Virus record (IMG/VR): IMGVR_UViG_3300037010_003311
Span: 1 to 64,000 of that record
Strand: one strand, 5' to 3'
DNA: 64,000 nt
The position numbers were made by a program, and so were the translations under genes. The notes under the pieces were generated by a model, which saw only the letters and a program-made list of their open reading frames with translations, made no database searches and was not told the origin of the DNA. The number at the start of each line of letters is the position of its first letter. Position 1 is the first letter of the stretch. Shown one piece after another: positions 30,941-40,882 of this stretch.

Positions 30941-31411
30941 ATGGCTAAGAAAAAGAACGAACAAGAAGAACTCCTATGGTATGATTATAATGTTGCGGAC
31001 GAGAAGCAGTTTAAAATGGTAGTTAAAGCCATACAAAAGGTTTGTCGGGGGTCTTTGGAATATGATCAGTGGCAAACTAGAACTAAAGCTGGTTCTAAAA
31101 CCTGCCCAATATGCGACGAGTTTTATACGTATATGAAATCAGAAACTCATCATTATCCCAAAACAATGTATTCAGTCTGCGAGGAAGTAATAGAAAAACA
31201 TATATACGAAAACACATTAGATGAACAATCAGGATTTGGTATTTGCCAAGAGATTATGAATAAACATATACTTGGTAATGTTGAATACATAGTGCTTTGT
31301 AAAAGCTGTCATGAGAAATTTCATGCCGACCATCCGGAAGTTTGTACTAAAGTTAGTGAAGTATATAAACAACAGTTGCTGGATAAGCAGAATAAGCTAG
31401 ATAATAAATAA
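30941..31411 (+). CDS. HNH-like zinc-binding protein
   Basis: CPIC, ETHH, LCKSCHEKFH. Confidence 0.6.
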   Translation: MAKKKNEQEELLWYDYNVADEKQFKMVVKAIQKVCRGSLEYDQWQTRTKAGSKTCPICDEFYTYMKSETHHYPKTMYSVCEEVIEKHIYENTLDEQSGFGICQEIMNKHILGNVEYIVLCKSCHEKFHADHPEVCTKVSEVYKQQLLDKQNKLDNK

Positions 31412-31427
31412 AGGGTAAAGATAAAGA

Positions 31428-32453
31428 ATGACAACAGTTAAAATTAAAAATAAAGATAAAACAGTTGGGCCAAAATATAAACTAGGTGAGCCAAAAGATT
31501 TTAACGGAAGAACTCTGTTTAGAGTTATAGCATTAAGAGCTTTTAGCAATGTAAATATTGGCGATATCGGTGGCTGGATTGAAACCGAAGATAACTTGTC
31601 CCATAGTGGTGACGCTTGGGTAGGCGATGAGGCAAGAGTCTATGACGAGGCAAGAGTATATGATAATGCTCATGTATTTAATAATGCCTGCGTGTATGGT
31701 AAGGCTCAAGTTAGGGGCGATGCCAGAATATATGACCAAGCTACTATATTTGGTAAAGCTAATGTATTTGGTAAAGCCCAAATATTTGAGGATGCAAATA
31801 TATACGATGAGGCTAAGGTTTATAATAATGCAAGAGTGCGTGGTAATACCAAAGTATATAATAATGCTAAAATACATGATCGAGCTAGAGTAAGTGATAA
31901 TGCTAGAGTAAGTGATAACGCAATAATAGATGGATCGGCTCAGGTATATGGTAATGTTAGGATATATGGGAATTCTAGAATTTTTGGTAATGCCAAAGTA
32001 TATGATGATGCCTGCGTGTATGGTAAGGCTCAAGTTAGAGGTGAGGCCAGAATATATGACGAAGCTACTATATTTGGTAAAGCTAAGGTATTTGGTAAAG
32101 CTCAAATATATGAGGAAGCAAATATATATGATGATGCTCAAGTGTACGGTAATACTAAAATATCTGGTTATGGTGAAGTATATGATAATGCTCAGGTATT
32201 TGGTAATGGATTGATTAAGGGTAATACCCAAGTATATGGTGACGCCATAGTTACCAAAGCCGTTAATACAATATCCACTTCTAGATATGATATTACGATT
32301 ACCGACAATTATCTAAAAATCGGGAGTGAAAATCACCCAATCGATGATTGGGAAGCTTTTACAGACGAGCAGATAGCTGACATGGATACCGGAGCACTAG
32401 AGTGGTGGAACATTTGGAAGCCAAGCATATTCAGCATGATAAAAAAGTATTAA
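31428..32453 (+). CDS. capped hexapeptide-repeat protein
   Basis: N-cap, long repeat tract with an internal block duplication, C-cap. Confidence 0.9.
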   Translation: MTTVKIKNKDKTVGPKYKLGEPKDFNGRTLFRVIALRAFSNVNIGDIGGWIETEDNLSHSGDAWVGDEARVYDEARVYDNAHVFNNACVYGKAQVRGDARIYDQATIFGKANVFGKAQIFEDANIYDEAKVYNNARVRGNTKVYNNAKIHDRARVSDNARVSDNAIIDGSAQVYGNVRIYGNSRIFGNAKVYDDACVYGKAQVRGEARIYDEATIFGKAKVFGKAQIYEEANIYDDAQVYGNTKISGYGEVYDNAQVFGNGLIKGNTQVYGDAIVTKAVNTISTSRYDITITDNYLKIGSENHPIDDWEAFTDEQIADMDTGALEWWNIWKPSIFSMIKKY

Positions 32454-32555
32454 ATTATAATAATTTTAATTTATAATGTGACTGAGGGTTGAGGTTTAGA
32501 ATTCCATATTATATAACGATTCGCGAAGCTGAATCGGTAAAGAGAAAGGTAACTT

Positions 32556-32855
32556 ATGAAATACGTAATACTTGATTTTAATAACGGTAAAGTCTTCCCA
32601 GATAATCATTTATATCAAGAAGCTTTAAACTTTTGTAATTCTGATATGCAAACTATAACGATTGGGTCCGAATTATTTTTTCATCAGTTTAGACTGTTGG
32701 TTAAAACCAAAGTTATCAATAATGAAGATTATCAGTTTATTTTCAAAACTGATAATCACGAAATGTTATTAAATGTTAGCTCCGATGGTGCGTTATGTGA
32801 ATGGTATCCATCGGATTATAATGTATCATTTAATACAATTATCAAAATTATATAA
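32556..32855 (+). CDS. hypothetical protein inside the repeat-gene cluster
   Basis: ORF with RBS. Confidence 0.6.
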   Translation: MKYVILDFNNGKVFPDNHLYQEALNFCNSDMQTITIGSELFFHQFRLLVKTKVINNEDYQFIFKTDNHEMLLNVSSDGALCEWYPSDYNVSFNTIIKII

Positions 32856-32951
32856 CTGGAATATTATGACATTACAAAAAGAAATTAAAATCCTTTAGAA
32901 GATGTTCAATTACTGTATAAATAAAAAATAACTCAAAAAGAAGGAAATATT

Positions 32952-33785
32952 ATGACACAATCAAATGAAATTAAAAACGAGAATAAAGCAATTGCACCAA
33001 AATATAAACTTGGTGAAGCAAAAACGTTTAACGGGAAAACTCTTTTTAGAGTTGTAGCATTGAGAACATTTAGCAATGTTGCTGCTGGTGATATCGGTGG
33101 CTGGATTGAAATCGAAGCTAACTTGTCCCATAGTGGAGATGCTTGGGTTTATGACGAAGCTATGGTATATGATGGGGCAAGAGTTAGTGGTAATGCTATG
33201 GTATTGGATCATGCTATTGTATTTGGTAACTCGATGATATACGATAATGCCATGGTATTGGATCATGCTATTGTATTTGGTAACTCGATGGTATTTGATA
33301 ATGCCATGGTATTTGATAATGCTATGGTATTTGATTATGCTATGGTATTTGATAATGCCATGGTATTTGATTATGCTATGGCATATTGTAAAGCTAGGGT
33401 ATATGGTGATGCTCGGGTATTTGGTAATGCTGAAGTATATGGTGATGCTCGGGTATTTGGTAATGCTGAAGTATATGGTGATGCGGTTGTATATGGTAAC
33501 TCGATGGTATACTCCGGAGCTAAAGTATATGGTGGTGCTCAGGTGTATGGCGAAACTGAGATTTCAGATAGTGCTCAAGTATGGGGTAATGCAAAAATTT
33601 TTGGTAAAGCAAAAATTTCTGGGAACGCAAGAGTTTTTGATAAAGCCGAAGTTTTTGGTAATATTTGGGTTTATGGTGATACATTAGTTCATGATAACAC
33701 AAAAATTTATGATAATGCTAAAATTTCTTGTAAAACAATCATTTGGGGCAAAACACTTATTACTGAAACATACAAGGATAAGTAA
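32952..33785 (+). CDS. hexapeptide-repeat protein without C-cap
   Basis: N-cap and repeats; divergent end. Confidence 0.9.
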   Translation: MTQSNEIKNENKAIAPKYKLGEAKTFNGKTLFRVVALRTFSNVAAGDIGGWIEIEANLSHSGDAWVYDEAMVYDGARVSGNAMVLDHAIVFGNSMIYDNAMVLDHAIVFGNSMVFDNAMVFDNAMVFDYAMVFDNAMVFDYAMAYCKARVYGDARVFGNAEVYGDARVFGNAEVYGDAVVYGNSMVYSGAKVYGGAQVYGETEISDSAQVWGNAKIFGKAKISGNARVFDKAEVFGNIWVYGDTLVHDNTKIYDNAKISCKTIIWGKTLITETYKDK

Positions 33786-34489
33786 TGATAGAATTAAAAT
33801 ATAAACTAGGTGAATCAAAAGAGTTCGAAGGGAGAACTCTTTTTAGGGTCGTAGCACTGAGATCATTTAGCAATGTAACAGCCGGTGATATCGGTGGCTG
33901 GATTGAAATCGAAGATAATTTGTCACATAGTGGAGATGCTTGGGTCTATCGTGATGCTAAGGTATATGGGAATGCCCGAGTATTTGGTGATGCTCATATA
34001 AGTAATAATGCTCAGGTATTTGGTAATGCTCGAATAAATGATGATGCCTGGATAGGCAATAATGCTCAGATATATGGTAATGCTTGCGTGCATGGTAATG
34101 CTCAGGTATATGATAATGCTGAAGTATATGATAATGCCGAAGTATTTGATAATGCCGAAGTATTTGATAATGCCTGCGTATATGGTAATGTTCAGGTATT
34201 TGATAATGCTGAAGTATATGGTGATGCCCGGGTGGTTGATAATGGTGTAGTTGATAGTAATGCTCAAGTATGTGGCAATGCTTTGGTAACTAAAGCAGTT
34301 AATACAATAACCACCAATAAATATATTATCACGATTGCTGACAATTACATGAAAATCGGTTGTCGGAATCACCCAATCGATGATTGGGAAGCTTTTACAG
34401 ACGAGCAGATATCTGACATGGATACCGGAGCATTAGCTTGGTGGAAAGTTTGGAAGCCAATTATATTTACCATAATAAATGCTTATTAA
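33785..34489 (+). CDS. capped hexapeptide-repeat protein
   Basis: N-cap, repeats, C-cap ending WKPIIFTIINAY. Confidence 0.9.
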   Translation: MIELKYKLGESKEFEGRTLFRVVALRSFSNVTAGDIGGWIEIEDNLSHSGDAWVYRDAKVYGNARVFGDAHISNNAQVFGNARINDDAWIGNNAQIYGNACVHGNAQVYDNAEVYDNAEVFDNAEVFDNACVYGNVQVFDNAEVYGDARVVDNGVVDSNAQVCGNALVTKAVNTITTNKYIITIADNYMKIGCRNHPIDDWEAFTDEQISDMDTGALAWWKVWKPIIFTIINAY

Positions 34490-34516
34490 ATAAGCTAACT
34501 ACAAAAAGGAAAGATT

Positions 34517-35167
34517 ATGATACAATCAACTGAAATTAAAAACGAGAATAAAGCAATTGAACCAAAATATAAACTTGGAGGCACAAAAACATTTAACGGG
34601 AGAACTCTTTTTAGAGTTATAGCATTAAGATCTTTTAGCGATGTGATGGCTGGTGATATCGGTGGTTGGGTAGAAACTGAAGATAACCTAGCACAAGATG
34701 GTGACGCTTGGGTCTATGATGATGCTATGGTATATGATGGGGCAAGAGTTAGTGGTAATGCTGTGGTATTGGATCATGCTATTGTATTTGGTAACTCGAT
34801 GATATACGATAATGCCATGGTATTTGATAATGCCGTGGTATATGGTAATGCCATGGTATATGATTATGCTATGGCATATTGTAAAGCTAGGGTATATGGC
34901 AATGCTCGGGTATTTGGTAAGGGATTGGTTAAAGGTAAAGCCCAAGTATATGGTAACGCCATAGCTACCAAAGCAGTTAATACGATGCATACTGATGCTT
35001 ACAATATTACCATTATTGATAATTATATAACTATTGGGTTCGAAAATCACCCAATCGCTGATTGGGAAGCATTTACCGACGAGCAGATAGCTGACATGGA
35101 TACTGGAGCCCTAGCGTGGTGGAAAGTTTGGAAGCCAATTATATTTGCTATAATAAATGCTTATTAA
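34517..35167 (+). CDS. capped hexapeptide-repeat protein
   Basis: N-cap, repeats, C-cap. Confidence 0.9.
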   Translation: MIQSTEIKNENKAIEPKYKLGGTKTFNGRTLFRVIALRSFSDVMAGDIGGWVETEDNLAQDGDAWVYDDAMVYDGARVSGNAVVLDHAIVFGNSMIYDNAMVFDNAVVYGNAMVYDYAMAYCKARVYGNARVFGKGLVKGKAQVYGNAIATKAVNTMHTDAYNITIIDNYITIGFENHPIADWEAFTDEQIADMDTGALAWWKVWKPIIFAIINAY

Positions 35168-35194
35168 CTAAGCTAACTGCAAAAAGGAAATAAT

Positions 35195-35974
35195 ATGACA
35201 AAAGTAGATAATAAAGCAATTATACCAAAATATAAACTTGGTGTAGCAAAAGAGTTCGATGGGAGAACTCTTTTTAGAGTTGTAGCGTTAAGAGATTTCG
35301 GTGACATAAAAGCCGGTGATATCGGTGGCTGGATCGAAACTGAAACTAACTTATCTCATAGTGGTAACGCTTGGGTCTATGATGATGCCAAAGTACAAGA
35401 TAATGCAAGAGTGAAGGATAATGCAGTAATTTGGGATAATGTGGTTGTATATGATAACGCAATGGTATATGGTAATGCAGTAATTTGGGATAATGTGGTT
35501 GTATATGATAACGCAATGGTATATGGTAATGCAGTAATTTGGGATAATGTGGTTGTATATGATAACGCAATGGTATATGGTAATGCCCGGATATTGGATA
35601 ATGCCAAAGTATATGATAACGCAATGGTATATGATAATGCAAGAGTTAGTGATACCGCCCAGGTTTATGGTAATGCTAAAATATATGGTATGGTTGAAGC
35701 ATACGATAATGTTCGTATATTTGGTGACACATGGGTTACCGGTAATACTTAAGTATATGGTAACGCCATAGCTACCAAAGCAGTTAATACGATGCATACT
35801 GATGCTTACAATATTACCATTATTGATAATTATATAACGATTGGATTCGAAAATCACCCAATCGTTGATTGGGAAACATTTACAGATGATGAAATATCTA
35901 AAATGGATACCGGAGCACTAGCGTGGTGGAAAGTTTGGAAGCCAATTATATTTGCTATAATAAATGCGTATTAA
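35195..35974 (+). pseudogene. capped hexapeptide-repeat gene with a single in-frame TAA (35750-35752)
   Basis: GGT AAT ACT TAA GTA TAT here versus GGT AAT ACT CAA GTA TAT in the paralog at 36427-36444; frame continues to an intact C-cap. Confidence 0.85.
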
Positions 35975-35991
35975 ATAAATAAGGATAAAAA

Positions 35992-37584
35992 ATGGTAGGA
36001 AAAAAATATAAACTTGGAGAATCAAAAAAGTCCCAAGGAAGAACTCTTTTTAGAGTTGTAGCGTTAAGAGATTTCGGTGACGTAAAAGCAGGTGATATCG
36101 GTGGTTGGATAGAAACTGAAACTAACTTATCTCATAGTGGTGATTCTTGGGTCTATGATGAGGCCAGAGTTAGTGGTGATACTTGGGTCTATGGTAATGC
36201 CAAAATATCCAATAATGCACAGATATTCGGTAATGCCTGCATATATGGTAATACCAAAGTAGGGGATGAAGCTCAGGTATTTGGTAATGCCATCGTATAT
36301 GGTAATGCTTTGATATATGGTTCTACTCAGGTATTTGGTAATGTTGAAATATATGAGAATGCCCAAGTATTTGGTATGGCTAAAGCATACGATAATGTTC
36401 GTATATTTGGTTATGCATGGATTACCGGTAATACTCAAGTATATGGTAACACCATAGTTACCAAAGCGGTTAATACAATATACACTGGTGAGTATGATAT
36501 TATCATTACTGACAACTATATAAAGATTTGGTGGGAAAATCACCCAATCGACGTTTGGGAAGCATTTACCGACGAGCAGATAGCTGACATGGATACCGGA
36601 GCGCTAGCGTGGTGGAAAGTTTGGAAGCCAATTATATTTGATATAATACAAAAAGGAAATAATATGACATCACAAAAAGAAATTAAAAACTTCTGGGAAA
36701 AGATGCTTAATTACCGTATAAATAAAAATAACTCCAAAAAAGAAGGAAATAATATGATGCAATCAAATGAAATTAAAAACGAGAATAAAGCAATTGTACC
36801 AAAATATAAACTTGGTGAAGCAAAAACCTTTAATGTAAGAACTCTTTTTAGAGTTGAAGCTCTGAGATCATTTGGCAATGTGTCTACCGGTGATATCGGT
36901 GGCTGGATTGAAAACGAAGATAATTTGTCTCATAGTGGAGATGCTTGGGTCTATGACGAAGCTATGGTATATGGTAATGCTCGAGTGAGTAATGACGCAA
37001 TAGTGAGGGATAATGCCTGCATATATGGTAATACCAAAGTAGGGGATGAAGCTCAGGTATTTGGTAATGCCATCGTATATGGTAATGCTTGTATAAGTGA
37101 TAATGCTCAGGTATATGGTAATGCTCGTATAAGTGATGACGCCCAAGTATACGATACAGCTCATGTATTCGATAACGCATATATAATCGATAATGCTTGG
37201 ATAGGTAATAATGCAAGAGTATGTGGCAATGCGCGTATAACTGATGATTCGCGAGTATACGATAACGCATTGATTAGTGGTCATTCCTTGATTTCTGATA
37301 GGGCTTTGATATATGGCAATGCCCAGGTATTTGATAATGGCTTGGTTAAGGGTAATACCCATGTATGGGGTAACGCCGAAGTTACCAAAGCAGTTATTAC
37401 GATACATACCGATGCTTACAATATTACCATTACTGATAATTATATAACTATTGGGTTCGAAAATCACCCAATCGCTGATTGGGAAACATTTACTGATGAT
37501 GAAATATCCAAAATGGATGCAGGAGCGTTAGATTGGTGGCGAGTCTGGAAGCCAATTATATTTGCTATAATAAATGCTTATTAA
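35992..37584 (+). CDS. in-frame fusion of two capped hexapeptide-repeat genes
   Basis: two complete N-cap/repeat/C-cap units; former intergenic DNA with its RBS is read through; internal start near 36754. Confidence 0.85.
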   Translation: MVGKKYKLGESKKSQGRTLFRVVALRDFGDVKAGDIGGWIETETNLSHSGDSWVYDEARVSGDTWVYGNAKISNNAQIFGNACIYGNTKVGDEAQVFGNAIVYGNALIYGSTQVFGNVEIYENAQVFGMAKAYDNVRIFGYAWITGNTQVYGNTIVTKAVNTIYTGEYDIIITDNYIKIWWENHPIDVWEAFTDEQIADMDTGALAWWKVWKPIIFDIIQKGNNMTSQKEIKNFWEKMLNYRINKNNSKKEGNNMMQSNEIKNENKAIVPKYKLGEAKTFNVRTLFRVEALRSFGNVSTGDIGGWIENEDNLSHSGDAWVYDEAMVYGNARVSNDAIVRDNACIYGNTKVGDEAQVFGNAIVYGNACISDNAQVYGNARISDDAQVYDTAHVFDNAYIIDNAWIGNNARVCGNARITDDSRVYDNALISGHSLISDRALIYGNAQVFDNGLVKGNTHVWGNAEVTKAVITIHTDAYNITITDNYITIGFENHPIADWETFTDDEISKMDAGALDWWRVWKPIIFAIINAY

Positions 37585-37610
37585 ATAGCTAACCGCAAAA
37601 AGGAAATAAT

Positions 37611-38360
37611 ATGATGCAATCAAATGAAATTAAAAACGAGAATAAAGCAATGGTAACTCCAAAATATAAGCTTGGTGAGTCAAAAGAGGTCTTAGGGAGA
37701 ACTCTTTTTAGAGTTGTAGCGTTAAGAGATTTCGGTGACGTAAAAGCAGGTGATATCGGTGGTTGGGTAGAAACTGAAGATAACCTAGCACAAGATGGTG
37801 GAGCTTGGGTAGAAACTGAAGATAACCTAGCACAAGATGGTGGAGCTTGGGTCTATGATGAAGCTATGGTATATGATGGGGCAAGAGTCTATGATGACGC
37901 AAGAATATTTGATAAAGCGATTGTATGTGGTAACTCGCTGGTATATGGTAACTCGCTGGTGCGCGAGTATGCTATGGTATATGATAATGCTGAGGTAGCT
38001 GGTAAGGCCGGGATAGCTGGTAATGCTAAAGTATATGATAACGCGTTAGTTAGTGGCTATTCCTTGGTCTCTGGTAATGCTTCGATATATGGTGCAGCCC
38101 GGATATTTGATAATGGGGTAGTTGATAGTATCGCCCAAGTATGCGGTAACGCAGTAGTTACCAAAGCAGTTAATACCATACACACTGATAAATATATTAT
38201 CACGATTACTGATAATTATCTAAAAATTGGATGTCAGAATCACCCGATCGACGTTTGGGAAGCATTTACCGACGAGCAGATAGCTGACATGGAGGTAGGA
38301 GCATTAGATTGGTGGCGAGTCTGGAAGCCAATTATATTTACCATAATAAATGCTTATTAA
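37611..38360 (+). CDS. capped hexapeptide-repeat protein
   Basis: has a 42-bp tandem duplication encoding WVETEDNLAQDGGA twice. Confidence 0.9.
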   Translation: MMQSNEIKNENKAMVTPKYKLGESKEVLGRTLFRVVALRDFGDVKAGDIGGWVETEDNLAQDGGAWVETEDNLAQDGGAWVYDEAMVYDGARVYDDARIFDKAIVCGNSLVYGNSLVREYAMVYDNAEVAGKAGIAGNAKVYDNALVSGYSLVSGNASIYGAARIFDNGVVDSIAQVCGNAVVTKAVNTIHTDKYIITITDNYLKIGCQNHPIDVWEAFTDEQIADMEVGALDWWRVWKPIIFTIINAY

Positions 38361-38387
38361 CTAAGCTAACTATGAAAAGGAAAGATT

Positions 38388-38963
38388 ATGACAAAAGTAG
38401 ATAATAAAGAAATTACACCAAAATATAAACTTGGTGAAGCAAAAGAGTTCGATGGGAGAACTCTTTTTAGGGTCGTAGCGTTAAGAGATTTCGGTGACGT
38501 AAAAGCCGGTGATATCGGTGGTTGGGTAGAAAATGAAACTAACTTGTTTCATAGTGGTGACGCTTGGGTCTATGATGAGGCTAGAGTTAGTGGTGATGCT
38601 TGGGTCTATGATGAGGCTAGAGTTAGTGGTGATGCGCGGGCATATGGTAATGCCTGCATATATGGTAATACCAAAGTAGGGGATGAAGCTCAGGTATTTG
38701 GTAATGCCATCGTATATGGTAATGCTTGTATAAGTGATAATGCTCAGGTATATGGTAATGCTCGTATAGGTAATAATGCGCGGGTATATGGTAATGCTTG
38801 CGTGCATGGTAATGCTCAGGTATATGGTAATGCTGAAGTATATGGTAATGCTGAAGTATATGGTAATGCTGAAGTATATGGTAATGCTGAAGTATATGGC
38901 AGCGCAAAAATATCTAACAATATTTGGATATTTGATAATGCCCGTATATATGGTAAGGCCTAA
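38388..38963 (+). CDS. truncated hexapeptide-repeat protein (decaying copy)
   Basis: TAA at a Q position of the repeat; degenerate repeat sequence continues to about 39045; no C-cap. Confidence 0.75.
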   Translation: MTKVDNKEITPKYKLGEAKEFDGRTLFRVVALRDFGDVKAGDIGGWVENETNLFHSGDAWVYDEARVSGDAWVYDEARVSGDARAYGNACIYGNTKVGDEAQVFGNAIVYGNACISDNAQVYGNARIGNNARVYGNACVHGNAQVYGNAEVYGNAEVYGNAEVYGNAEVYGSAKISNNIWIFDNARIYGKA

Positions 38964-39077
38964 ATATTTGATAACGCTCAAGCATACGATAATGCATTGA
39001 TTAGGGGGTTAGTCCACGATCTCTGGTAATGATTTGATATACGCGGATTAAATAGCTAAATACAAAAAGGAAAGATT

Positions 39078-39857
39078 ATGACAAAAGCAGATAATAAAGG
39101 TGTGACACCAAAATATAAACTTGGTGAAGCAAAAACCTTTAATGGAAGAACTCTTTTTAGAGTTGTAGCATTGAGAACATTTAGCAATGTTGCTGCTGGT
39201 GATATCGGTGGCTGGATTGAAATCGAAGCTAACTTGTCCCATAGTGGAGATGCTTGGGTCTATGATGAAGCTATGGTATATGGTAAGGCCAGAGTTGGTA
39301 ATGACGCAATAGTGAGGGATAATGCCAGAATGAGTGATAATGCTCATGTATATGGTAATGCGTTGATAGGTGGTAATGCGGTTGTATATGGTAACGCAAT
39401 AGTATACGCTAGAGCGCAAGTATATGATAATGCACAAATATCTGGTGATACCCATGTGTGCGATAATGCTAAGGTATTTAATAATGCTAAGGTATATGGT
39501 AATGCTCAAATTTCTGGTTATGCTAAGGTATTTAATAATGCTAAGGTATATGGTAATGCCCATATCCATGGTAATGCTAATGTTGGGGATAATGCTAAAG
39601 TATATGGTAATGGTTTGGTTGGCGGATATACTAGGATATATGTTGATACGATAGTTACCAAAGCAGTTAATACCATATTCACTGATAAATATGAGGTTAC
39701 AATTTCTGACAATTATATAAAAATCGATTGCGAGAATCACTCACTATTCGATTGGGAAAATTTTACTGATAATCAGATATCCAAAATGGATACTGGAGCA
39801 TTAGAATGGTGGAAAGTTTGGAAGCCAATTATATTTGCTATAATAAATGCAGATTAA
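39078..39857 (+). CDS. capped hexapeptide-repeat protein
   Basis: N-cap, repeats, C-cap. Confidence 0.9.
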   Translation: MTKADNKGVTPKYKLGEAKTFNGRTLFRVVALRTFSNVAAGDIGGWIEIEANLSHSGDAWVYDEAMVYGKARVGNDAIVRDNARMSDNAHVYGNALIGGNAVVYGNAIVYARAQVYDNAQISGDTHVCDNAKVFNNAKVYGNAQISGYAKVFNNAKVYGNAHIHGNANVGDNAKVYGNGLVGGYTRIYVDTIVTKAVNTIFTDKYEVTISDNYIKIDCENHSLFDWENFTDNQISKMDTGALEWWKVWKPIIFAIINAD

Positions 39858-39912
39858 ATTAGAATAATTTAATCCCGTATAAGAATAACTACGAAAAAAG
39901 AAGGTATTTAAA

Positions 39913-40167
39913 ATGAAAATTAAAGGATTACGAAATAAACAATACTGAACATTTAAATGGTACGGGTAAAAGTAAATATACCCATGTAATGATAAACCGG
40001 TTCAAATATTGAGTACGGATAGAAAAAATAATTTATATCCAGTATTAGCGCACAGTGATGAATTCCAAGAAGAATGTGGCGTAAGGGCATTTACTAAATT
40101 TGGAAAGTTTACTCACGGAATAGATTCGGTATATGATCTAGTAGAGTTGAATACATTAAAACTTTAG
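39913..40167 (+). pseudogene. frameshifted remnant of the MKISM-KKYT family
   Basis: frame from 39985 reads CNDKPVQILSTDRKNNLYPV...FT..G...YDLVE; upstream KYT and MKI are out of frame. Confidence 0.6.
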
Positions 40168-40215
40168 AATCAATAATTTATAATTTTGGATTAAAAAAAT
40201 AGTAAAGGAGTTATC

Positions 40216-40527
40216 ATGCATGTACATGATTGGATAAACGAAAGAATGTATGGGAAATGCCCGGATGAAGAAAAATATGCTGTAGCTTTTTTACATATAA
40301 AGGCTACTACAACAGCAGTAAGTACTTGGGTTATAGAACCCATAATGAAACAACATAAACTTTTTTGTACGTACAAAGGAAGCAAATATAGAGTCACTGG
40401 ATGCAGCCGTATGGGTGATATATGGTTAGTAAAAAATTATAATAAAGATAATGGATACGATCTTAGAGTAGACGTTGAAGAGTGTACGGATTGGTCTGAA
40501 AAATTGGATAAAGAAAAAGGAGAATGA
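40216..40527 (+). CDS. phage hypothetical protein
   Basis: YRVTGCSRMGDIWL..GYDLRV. Confidence 0.7.
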   Translation: MHVHDWINERMYGKCPDEEKYAVAFLHIKATTTAVSTWVIEPIMKQHKLFCTYKGSKYRVTGCSRMGDIWLVKNYNKDNGYDLRVDVEECTDWSEKLDKEKGE

Positions 40528-40528
40528 T

Positions 40529-40882
40529 ATGAAGATATCAATGGATAAAAAATATACATGTTGCGGAGAGCCAATACGTATATTATGTATAGATGGAAAT
40601 GACAGTCTCTATCCGGTCATTGGGCTGAGAGATGATGGAACTATACTTAAATTCAGAGAAGATGGGAAATGTTCGCCAGAGTATAACCTCGTGGAGGTTT
40701 GGGAACCAGTAGTAGAAGAATGGTGCCTATTTACCGATGAAACATTAGTTGGGGCATGGTTGTTGCAATTTCTTGATAATGAAGATGGTCGTTTTTATGC
40801 CCTGGGGGTATCGGATAGTTTTGATAAATGTTATAAATTTACGGGAACCATCCCTAAACACTTAAAAGGAAATTTAAAATGA
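40529..40882 (+). CDS. tandem family 2 member (MKISMDKKYT...LPEHL type)
   Basis: shares RILC.D, NLVEVWEP..EWC.F and CYKF.G with neighbours. Confidence 0.85.
   Translation: MKISMDKKYTCCGEPIRILCIDGNDSLYPVIGLRDDGTILKFREDGKCSPEYNLVEVWEPVVEEWCLFTDETLVGAWLLQFLDNEDGRFYALGVSDSFDKCYKFTGTIPKHLKGNLK

Noticed and set aside
24054-32555. tRNA genes in the intergenic gaps at 24054, 30654 and 32454
   Set aside because: No cloverleaf or T-arm consensus could be built by eye.
32916-36724. T4-type late promoter TATAAATA at 32916 and 36717
   Set aside because: Both lie in one duplicated segment, the homologous copy near 1737 lacks it, and the 8-mer is expected by chance in such AT-rich DNA.
31533-39740. Long minus-strand and alternate-frame ORFs over the hexapeptide genes (also at 1755-2203 and 61835-63400)
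   Set aside because: Shadow frames from the 18-nt codon periodicity; low-complexity I/Y/S/T or M/V/L translations with no RBS.
31428-39857. Diversity-generating retroelement
   Set aside because: No reverse transcriptase in the window, and differences between copies are block swaps and indels, not adenine-specific substitutions.
31428-39857. Annotation as LpxA/LpxD-type acyltransferases or tail fibres
   Set aside because: No catalytic motifs or accessory domains of those enzymes were recognised, and there is no structural gene context; only the repeat pattern is shared.
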